Positions 57,408-64,000 of a stretch of 64,000 nt of DNA are shown here, in pieces. Positions within the stretch are counted from its first letter, which is position 1. Each line of letters opens with the position of its first letter. The notes under the pieces are model-generated. The model was not told where the DNA came from, did no database searches, and saw nothing but the letters and a program-made list of their open reading frames with translations. This DNA is from an uncultured Candidatus Saccharibacteria bacterium (GTDB lineage Bacteria; Patescibacteriota; Minisyncoccia; Phycocordibacterales; UBA9973). Where the stretch lies: positions 14,059 to 78,058 of the forward strand of contig CAZXCN010000003.1 in the NCBI GenBank assembly GCA_964639185.1, given 5' to 3'. Made by a program: the position numbers and the translations under genes.

Positions 57408-58760
57408 ATGCGACTAAATAAAAATTTTGTCATTAGTATTTTATTTTCTATTTTTTGCTTGTTAGTTTCTGCGCATGTATCATTTGCCGACCAATTGCAG
57501 GATGCTCAAGCCGATAAAGCTCGTCTACAACAAGAATTATCTAAGCTTGAAACAGAAATAGCGCAAAAACAAAAAGAACTAGATAGCCAAAAAGGGCAAT
57601 CTGTTTCTTTGTCGCGTGATATTACAATACTTACAACCCAGATCAGTAAAGCAAAGCTTGATATTAAATCTAGGAATCTGACTATAACTAAATTGGGTGG
57701 AGAAATAAATCAAAAAAATACAGCAATTCGTTCACTAACCGAAAAAATAGAATTAGAAAAGGAATCTCTAGCACAATTATTGCGTAAAAATAGGGAAATA
57801 GACGATATGTCTATAATGGAATTAATGTTATCAAAGAAAAGTCTAAGCGAGGCTTATGGGGATGTCGATGCATTTGCATCTTTGAGTAAATCTATAAAAA
57901 ATTCTGTAAATAGCATACAAGGTATTCGAACTGAAACAGAGGTGGAGAAGAAATCACTTGAAGTAAAGAAAAATCAGGAGATAGATACAAAAGTTGCGTT
58001 AGAAAATGCAAAAAAAGAAGTTGAAAAAAATGAAGCAAATAAAAAACAACTTCTATCAATAAGTAAAAATAAAGAGTCTGAGTACAATAAATTATTGGCA
58101 GAGAAAGCGAAGCGCCGTGCAGAAATATTGGCAGTACTATTTAATTTGCGTGATACTGGGGCTATTCCATTCGGTAGAGCTTTAGAATATGCGACTTCTG
58201 CAAGTAAAATCACTGGTGTGCGTATTGCTTTTATCCTTGCAATTATTACACAAGAAAGTAATCTAGGTACTGACCAAGGATCTTGCTATCTAACAAATCA
58301 AGAAACAGGTGCTGGTGTAAGTTCACGAAGTGGTAAAGTTTTTCCAAATGTAATGAAGCCAACGCGTGACGTAAAGCCATTTATCGAAATTACTACTGGT
58401 GCAGGGCGTGACCCAGCTAAAACTCTTGTTTCTTGTCCAATAGCATCAGCCGGAACTTCGAGTTGGGGTGGGGCTATGGGGCCTGCTCAATTTATACCTT
58501 CTACTTGGATGGGTATGAAGAAGAAGATATCTGCCGCTCTTGGAAAGACAAATCCAGACCCTTGGAATGCATCAGATGCATTTATGGCTTCAGCACTATT
58601 CCTTAAAGATTTAGGTGGTGTAAATGGTAGTTATACTGCAGAAATAAAGGCTGCTTGTAAATATTATGGTACTGGTGGCACTGCTTGTGCATATGGAAAA
58701 CAAGTTATGGCAAAGGCTACAAAGATTCAAACAACCATGATTGATCCATTGCAAAACTAA
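57408..58760 (+). CDS. Secreted coiled-coil protein with a C-terminal lytic-transglycosylase-like (SLT/lysozyme-like) domain
   Basis: Signal peptide and a long coiled coil. C-terminal [12 protein letters not shown] (catalytic Glu-Ser) and [13 protein letters not shown] resemble SLT motifs. Confidence 0.5.
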   Translation: MRLNKNFVISILFSIFCLLVSAHVSFADQLQDAQADKARLQQELSKLETEIAQKQKELDSQKGQSVSLSRDITILTTQISKAKLDIKSRNLTITKLGGEINQKNTAIRSLTEKIELEKESLAQLLRKNREIDDMSIMELMLSKKSLSEAYGDVDAFASLSKSIKNSVNSIQGIRTETEVEKKSLEVKKNQEIDTKVALENAKKEVEKNEANKKQLLSISKNKESEYNKLLAEKAKRRAEILAVLFNLRDTGAIPFGRALEYATSASKITGVRIAFILAIITQESNLGTDQGSCYLTNQETGAGVSSRSGKVFPNVMKPTRDVKPFIEITTGAGRDPAKTLVSCPIASAGTSSWGGAMGPAQFIPSTWMGMKKKISAALGKTNPDPWNASDAFMASALFLKDLGGVNGSYTAEIKAACKYYGTGGTACAYGKQVMAKATKIQTTMIDPLQN

Positions 58761-58786
58761 TAAACCTATGCTATTATGGCATTTAT

Positions 58787-59005
58787 ATGAAAAAGGAAAT
58801 TCACCCAAAATATAATACAGCCTCAGAGGTAACTTGCGCATGCGGAGCTTCATTTGCTCTAGGTTCTACAATGGACAAGATTAATGTTGAAATATGTAGT
58901 CAATGTCACCCATTCTATACAGGTAATGAAAAGGTTCTAGATACTGCAGGACGTGTTGACCGCTTCAAGAAGCGTGCAGCTGCAAGTGCAAAAACAAAGA
59001 AATAG
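58787..59005 (+). CDS. rpmE: 50S ribosomal protein L31
   Basis: [23 protein letters not shown]...[10 protein letters not shown] (the Zn-ribbon CxxC form). Confidence 0.9.
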   Translation: MKKEIHPKYNTASEVTCACGASFALGSTMDKINVEICSQCHPFYTGNEKVLDTAGRVDRFKKRAAASAKTKK

Positions 59006-59014
59006 ATATAAAAA

Positions 59015-59132
59015 TCCTAAACTAGCTCTCCCCAGAGGGTACGGAAATTTTTTGGTAAAAATTTCCTGAAGTTTGATCGCCGTCGCGCTCAAAACCCCCT
59101 CTGGAAAGACTAGTTTAGGATTTTTTTTGTTA
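59015..59132 (+). other. ~118-nt nested inverted-repeat structure between rpmE and prfA (outer 14-bp stem aatcctaaactag/ctagtttaggatt + T8; inner stems ccagaggg/ccctctgg and ggaaattttt/aaaatttcc)
   Basis: Read directly from the sequence. It probably serves as the rpmE terminator but is far larger and more structured than the other terminators here. Confidence 0.55.
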
Positions 59133-59145
59133 TAATATTAAAATT

Positions 59146-60114
59146 ATGGAAAATATTGAAGAACTAAAAAAGAATCACAAAACAAGTTATCTCGCTACAC
59201 AATACGAGCATCTTTGTCGTGAGGAGGATAAGGTTATGACTATGATAAATGAAGATGAAAGCATGCGTGAACTTGCCGAGGAAGAATTGCAAAATATTAA
59301 ATTTCAAAAAGAGGGGATCGAGAGGCAAGTAGAAGAAATATTAAAATCAGAACGTGAGGAAGAGGAATTTCCAAATGAAATTGTTTTAGAGGTTCGTGCT
59401 GGTGCGGGGGGTGACGAAGCATCGCTTTTTGCATGGGAATTGGCACGTATGTATGAGCGTTATGCTGAGGATAAAGGCTGGAGTTGGAAAACTTTAAATG
59501 AATCTGAAAATAATGTTGGTGGATACAAAGAGGCTTCGTTTGAAGTTCGTGGCCGTGATGTATACCGTGAATTACGATACGAGACAGGTGTGCACCGTGT
59601 ACAAAGAATTCCTGCTACTGAGAAAAATGGGCGCATACATACATCTACTGCATCAGTCGCTGTTTTGCCGATGAAGAAGAAGGTGACTATTGAAGTTAAC
59701 CCTGCTGATATTGATATGGAATATTCACGTTCCGGTGGTGCTGGCGGGCAAAATGTGAATAAAGTTGAAACAGCAGTACGACTAATACACAAGCCAACAG
59801 GTATCGATGTCCGATCGACTTCTGAGCGCACACAGCTTGGTAATAGAGAAAAAGCAATGGGTATATTATTGTCTAAATTACAAATGGCAAAAGACGAAGA
59901 AGATGCAAAGAAGTATTCTGCTGATCGAAAGAATCAGATAGGTACAGCCGACAGAAGTGAAAAGATTCGAACATACAATTTCCCTCAGGATCGTGTGACT
60001 GATCACCGAATTCGCCAATCTTGGTCCAATATCCCAGGCATAATGGAAGGTAACATAGTAAAGATAGTAGAAGCCCTTTCATCTGGAGTCGTTGGCGAAG
60101 CAGACGAGGAATAA
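59146..60114 (+). CDS. prfA: Peptide chain release factor 1
   Basis: GGQ motif [28 protein letters not shown] carries the RF1-type PxT (PAT) tripeptide. Confidence 0.85.
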   Translation: MENIEELKKNHKTSYLATQYEHLCREEDKVMTMINEDESMRELAEEELQNIKFQKEGIERQVEEILKSEREEEEFPNEIVLEVRAGAGGDEASLFAWELARMYERYAEDKGWSWKTLNESENNVGGYKEASFEVRGRDVYRELRYETGVHRVQRIPATEKNGRIHTSTASVAVLPMKKKVTIEVNPADIDMEYSRSGGAGGQNVNKVETAVRLIHKPTGIDVRSTSERTQLGNREKAMGILLSKLQMAKDEEDAKKYSADRKNQIGTADRSEKIRTYNFPQDRVTDHRIRQSWSNIPGIMEGNIVKIVEALSSGVVGEADEE

Positions 60115-60365
60115 ATTCATTATAATATTGTAATAATAAAGATGTGTATTTTGTGCATATAATTGATTTCCACTACTTGCCACCTTTTGCTTAAAATGAT
60201 ATATTAATCCTCAGTAGTTTGCTAAGTTGTTTTGGTGTTTATTTCATTTTCGTTGTGTTAAACATTGAGAGTGTAAATGAAAATCGGCATGAGCGATTAC
60301 ATTTATAAATTTATTTCCTTTGAATTTCAGTATGTAAGTACTGTAAGGAGAAGTATATTGTCATT

Positions 60366-60626
60366 ATGGCAAAGAAATTATATGTTGGTGGTCTTCCTTA
60401 CAAGACAACTAACGACGAGCTAAAAGCTCACTTTGAGGGTGCAGGTTCAGTTGAATCAGCAACAATTATCATGGATAAGATGACAGGCCGATCAAAAGGT
60501 TTTGGATTCGTAGAAATGACAAATGATGAAGATGCTGACAAAGCTATCTCAATGTTTAACGGTCAAGATTTCGATGGTCGAAATCTAACTGTCAACGAAG
60601 CTCGCCCAATGGCACCACGTGCTTAA
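60366..60626 (+). CDS. RRM-domain RNA-binding protein
   Basis: RNP2 LYVGGL and RNP1 KGFGFVEM; 86 aa. Confidence 0.85.
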   Translation: MAKKLYVGGLPYKTTNDELKAHFEGAGSVESATIIMDKMTGRSKGFGFVEMTNDEDADKAISMFNGQDFDGRNLTVNEARPMAPRA

Positions 60627-60636
60627 TTAGGTTTGT

Positions 60637-60670
60637 TTACAAAAAGCCCATGGTTTACCCTTGGGCTTTT
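60637..60670. terminator. Rho-independent terminator after the RRM gene
   Basis: aaaagcccatgg-tttac-ccttgggctttttgttt. Confidence 0.7.
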
Positions 60671-60755
60671 TGTTTGCCAAAAAGGGTTATTTTTGCTATA
60701 TTTTATGTGCCTATAATGTAAATTAATGGGTTGTTATTTTATTTAGTAATATCTT

Positions 60756-60835
60756 GAGCGTGTAGTTCAGTGGTAGAACGCTGTCCTGATATAACGGGTA
60801 CAATATAAATGGTTCGCTCGTTCAAAATAAAAGAG
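60756..60835 (+). pseudogene. Truncated/degenerate tRNA-Ile copy (5' half through the anticodon loop)
   Basis: gagcgtgtagttcagtggtagaacgctgtcctgata matches positions 1-36 of the downstream tRNA-Ile with 2 mismatches, then diverges; no valid anticodon stem or T-arm. Confidence 0.55.
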
Positions 60836-60852
60836 TTAATAATTCTTTGCGT

Positions 60853-60924
60853 GCGCGTATAGTTCAGTGGTAGAACGCTGTCCTGATAAGACAGAGGCCC
60901 TTGGTTCGATTCCAAGTACGCGCA
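60853..60924 (+). tRNA. tRNA-Ile (anticodon GAU)
   Basis: GCGCGUAUAGUUCAGUGGUAGAACGCUGUCCUGAUAAGACAGAGGCCCUUGGUUCGAUUCCAAGUACGCGCA. The anticodon loop is CUGAUAA; acceptor GCGCGUA pairs with UACGCGC. Confidence 0.85.
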
Positions 60925-61004
60925 CGCAGGGCGGTATACTCTTTTACTTTGCAACTCGCTGCCATTTATAAGACAGAGGCCTTTGATCTATATAAATCAA
61001 TTTT

Positions 61005-61247
61005 ATGGAAGAAAACAATAAAAAAACATCTAAATGGATGATAGGTACAATCTTGTTTATGAAGGTATCTGTTTGGATCGTGGGCCCTATATTAATTGCT
61101 CTGTTTGTAGGTAAATACATGGATGCGAAATATAATACAGAGCCATGGATATTTATATGGGCGATGGTTATTGCATTTATTACCTCAATGATAGCCATAA
61201 CAAAAGTTGCTTTAAAGTATATTAAGAAAGTTGATGTAAAAAAATAA
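61005..61247 (+). CDS. ATP synthase protein I-like (AtpZ/AtpI) small membrane protein
   Basis: 80-aa, 2-TM protein immediately upstream of atpB. Confidence 0.45.
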   Translation: MEENNKKTSKWMIGTILFMKVSVWIVGPILIALFVGKYMDAKYNTEPWIFIWAMVIAFITSMIAITKVALKYIKKVDVKK

Positions 61248-61248
61248 T

Positions 61249-62205
61249 ATGTCACAAATAGAAAATACAATAGAAGGTACTCATGAAAATAATACAGATA
61301 TTACTGTAGGCGGTACAGAACATGCAGTTTCAACTGAAAGTCATTCTTCTGAGCTTGTACCACACGAAGCTGGTCTGTATGCAGAAGAGATAGGTCATAT
61401 AGGTAACTTCCCAATAACAAATGCATTGTTTACAGGGTGGTTGTCTGTTGGAGTAATACTTTTTATTGCGATTATTATAAGAATAAAAATGAAAGAAATA
61501 CCAAAAGGTATTCAGAACTTCTTTGAATACGTTGTAGATGGTGCAATGTCACTTGCTGATCAGGTGACAGGTGACAGAAAAGTTACTGAGAAGGCTTTCC
61601 CTTTCATATTTCCAATATTTATGTTTGTGTTAATAAATAATTGGTTTGGTATTATGCCATTGGGTGGGTTTGGTATTATTCATGTTACTGAACATGGTAA
61701 TGCATTTATACCTCTTATACGTAGTGCCACAGCAGATATCAATGGCACACTCGCACTGGCGATATTCTCAGTTATAGGAGCCAATATCTTTGGAGCAATA
61801 TTTATTGGTATATGGAAAATGTTCAATAAATATGTTAATCTAAAAGCACTCGGTGGCATTGTTACGAAGGTAAGAAAAGACCCAATGGTTCTTCTAACAG
61901 CCCCGATTATGGTATTCGTAAGTGCATTGGAGATAGTGGGTGAGATAGCAAAGGTTGCATCATTATCATTTCGTTTATTTGGTAATGTGTTTGCAGGTGA
62001 AGTGTTACTTGCATCTATGGCAGCATTAATATCGTATCTCTTACCAACACCATTTCTAATACTTGAAGTTTTCGTAGGAATAATTCAAGCCTTTATATTT
62101 GCAATACTTACATTAGTGTATTATACAATCGCAGCACAAGACCATGATCATGATGAGGAGCACGAGCACAAACCCCATCATGACAAGGAATTGAGTGCTG
62201 AGTAG
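61249..62205 (+). CDS. atpB: F0F1 ATP synthase subunit a, with a ~60-aa hydrophilic N-terminal extension and a His/Asp/Glu-rich C-terminal tail
   Basis: LSFRLFGNVFAGEVLL (essential Arg motif), a 5-TM core, and C-terminal DHDHDEEHEHKPHHDKE. Confidence 0.85.
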   Translation: MSQIENTIEGTHENNTDITVGGTEHAVSTESHSSELVPHEAGLYAEEIGHIGNFPITNALFTGWLSVGVILFIAIIIRIKMKEIPKGIQNFFEYVVDGAMSLADQVTGDRKVTEKAFPFIFPIFMFVLINNWFGIMPLGGFGIIHVTEHGNAFIPLIRSATADINGTLALAIFSVIGANIFGAIFIGIWKMFNKYVNLKALGGIVTKVRKDPMVLLTAPIMVFVSALEIVGEIAKVASLSFRLFGNVFAGEVLLASMAALISYLLPTPFLILEVFVGIIQAFIFAILTLVYYTIAAQDHDHDEEHEHKPHHDKELSAE

Positions 62206-62232
62206 TTTATTTAGAGGTCAAAACATTATTAG

Positions 62233-62475
<243 letters not shown>

Positions 62476-62569
62476 TTCGCTATTTGTAACTGGCCACTTT
62501 ACTCTATCAAGTTGGCTGGTGACAAGGAGCGAATGAAGATTAACTTTTATAATTTAATTTTTTACAAAC

Positions 62570-63061
62570 ATGGATTCATTTATTAACGCATTTCATATAG
62601 ACTGGAAGATAATCATAGCTCAGGCTGTGAATTTTGTGGTTGTGTTGTTGGTATTACATTTTATACTTATCAAACCTTTAAAGAAGGTGATGGCAGAACG
62701 TTCAAAGAAGATTGAACAGGGTGTCGAAGATGCAAAGTGTAATGCTGAGGCATTAAAAATCACAAAAGAAGAATGTACTAAAATGATAGCCGAGGCAAAG
62801 TCTGAAGCTAATAAGATATTTCAAGAGGGTAAACATGATGCGGAGGCAAAAAAGGCTGAAATGTTGGAGCTTGCTAAAGTTGATGTAGAGAATTTGATAA
62901 TAAATGGCAAGAAAAGTCTTGAGCGTGAAAAAGTTCAAATGGTGGAAGATGCAAGGCGTGAAATTGTGTCACTTGTTGTTGCTGCAACCGAGAAATTATT
63001 GAATGATGAATCTGACGCAAAGCTTGATGCTAAGTTAACAAAACGTATAAGTAAGATGTAA
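62570..63061 (+). CDS. atpF: F0F1 ATP synthase subunit b
   Basis: Single N-terminal TM and a long charged helix; position in the operon. Confidence 0.75.
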   Translation: MDSFINAFHIDWKIIIAQAVNFVVVLLVLHFILIKPLKKVMAERSKKIEQGVEDAKCNAEALKITKEECTKMIAEAKSEANKIFQEGKHDAEAKKAEMLELAKVDVENLIINGKKSLEREKVQMVEDARREIVSLVVAATEKLLNDESDAKLDAKLTKRISKM

Positions 63062-63065
63062 TTCT

Positions 63066-63473
63066 ATGATAAAAGCCCGAACACAAGACATAGCATATGC
63101 AATACACGAAGCAACCAAAGGCAAAAAAGGTGCCGAGCTAAATGCTGTACTTGAAAATGTGGCAAAATTTTTAGATAAAAATAAACTTTTAAATAAAAAA
63201 GAAGAAATAATAAAAAAAATAGAAATCTTGAAAGATCAAGAGGACGGAACGATAAGAGTAAGTTTGCAAAGTAAAAATAAATTAAAAAAGGAGAGCATTG
63301 CAAATATACTTCACTTTCTAAAGCATTATTACAAAGCTCATGATGCTGAAATAGAGGAAACGATAAAAGAAGATCTGATAGGAGGGGTAAAAATACAAAT
63401 AGGTAATGACATTATAGATATGACGCTGAGTAATCAGATCAAGCAATTACAAAATCATTTATTACAAAATTAA
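63066..63473 (+). CDS. atpH: F0F1 ATP synthase subunit delta (short, 135 aa)
   Basis: C-terminal OSCP pattern DLIGGVKIQIGNDIIDMTLSNQIKQL; position in the operon. Confidence 0.65.
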   Translation: MIKARTQDIAYAIHEATKGKKGAELNAVLENVAKFLDKNKLLNKKEEIIKKIEILKDQEDGTIRVSLQSKNKLKKESIANILHFLKHYYKAHDAEIEETIKEDLIGGVKIQIGNDIIDMTLSNQIKQLQNHLLQN

Positions 63474-63484
63474 CTCACACAAAT

Positions 63485-64000
63485 ATGACAAAAAATAACA
63501 TTGTAGAAAATTTAAGAAAACAAATAGAAAAATTCGGTACTGATATCAAAGTGGAAAAGATAGGCCATGTTGTTGAAGTATTTGATGGTATTGCCCGTGT
63601 GTCAGGACTTGCTGACGTAAAAGTTTCTGAAATGGTTAATTTTGCTGGTGGTGAAGTGGGTGTAGCTTTGAACTTGGAAGAGGAATTTGTGGGTGTGATT
63701 ATCTTGTCAGACTTTTCAAATATCAAGGAAGGTGATGAAGTTCGAACAACAAATAAAATCCTCGAAGTTCCTGTATCTGATGCCCTTGTTGGCCGTGTAG
63801 TAAATGCTCTAGGTGAGGCTATCGATGGTAAAGGCGCAATAAAAGCAACATCATACAATCCTATAGAAAAGGTAGCTCCAGGTGTAGTAACTCGCCAAAG
63901 TGTGGACCAGCCAGTACAAACAGGTATCAAAGCTATTGATGCGATCATCCCGATCGGTCGTGGTCAGCGCGAGCTCATCATTGGTGACCGTCAGACAGGT
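63485..64000 (+). CDS. atpA: F0F1 ATP synthase subunit alpha, N-terminal part (runs off the window end)
   Basis: Manual translation from the ATG at 63485: MTKNNIVENLRKQIEKFGTDIKVEKIGHVVEVFDGIARVSGL ... IPIGRGQRELIIGDRQTG, which is the alpha N-terminal beta-barrel plus the start of the nucleotide-binding domain. The antisense ORF 63475..63948 is rejected. Confidence 0.85.
   Translation, partial: MTKNNIVENLRKQIEKFGTDIKVEKIGHVVEVFDGIARVSGLADVKVSEMVNFAGGEVGVALNLEEEFVGVIILSDFSNIKEGDEVRTTNKILEVPVSDALVGRVVNALGEAIDGKGAIKATSYNPIEKVAPGVVTRQSVDQPVQTGIKAIDAIIPIGRGQRELIIGDRQTG

Noticed and set aside
63475-63948. 157-aa minus-strand ORF
   Set aside because: It is antisense to the unmistakable atpA N-terminus, which starts at the ATG at 63485. 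The track missed atpA because it runs off the window end without a stop.

Overview
This is about 64 kb of gene-dense, AT-rich bacterial chromosome (roughly mid-30s % GC by eye). TGA is used as a stop codon, so the standard bacterial code applies. The small genes, split transketolase, class I aldolase and weak Shine-Dalgarno sites suggest a reduced-genome lineage, possibly Patescibacteria/CPR-like; that placement is inference only.

The core content is housekeeping:
- A divergent murA/murB pair, where murA carries an N-terminal XRE-type HTH fusion.
- parB, a C-terminally truncated rel, topA, dprA, serS, an ftsQ-like gene, dus and dnaX.
- Two separated pieces of the dcw cell-wall cluster: murE-murD...murC...PBP2, and mraZ-rsmH-ftsL-ftsI-murF with upstream GTGGG MraZ boxes.
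- greA, lysS, prs, rmuC, yqeY, obg, gatB and a gap-rpiB-rpe-tktN-tktC block.
- A pfkB kinase, class I fructose-bisphosphate aldolase, an FAD-linked oxidase, rplY, rpmE, prfA, an RRM RNA-binding protein and an atpZ-B-E-F-H-A(partial) operon.
- Four tRNAs (Leu-CAA, Gln-UUG, Glu-CUC, Ile-GAU) and many rho-independent terminators.

The accessory signals are:
1. A roughly 3.9 kb island lies 3' of tRNA-Glu. It is bounded by three direct repeats of the tRNA 3' end (cctacagggaa core) with conserved GC-rich arm blocks. Its cargo is a divergent pair: a 154-aa two-TM protein and a 930-aa N-terminally membrane-anchored protein with no recognisable domains. No integrase is present. This is the best candidate for an undescribed system, likely a defence or mobile cargo.
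2. A divergent RmuC / MutS-domain-V ATPase with a novel 400-aa N-terminus / DEDDh exonuclease cluster.
3. A leaderless, consensus-promoter-driven secreted Gly/Tyr/Asn-rich small protein.
4. tRNA-Ile flanked by partial self-copies.
5. Several long structured inverted repeats.

No CRISPR array, transposase or rRNA was seen.
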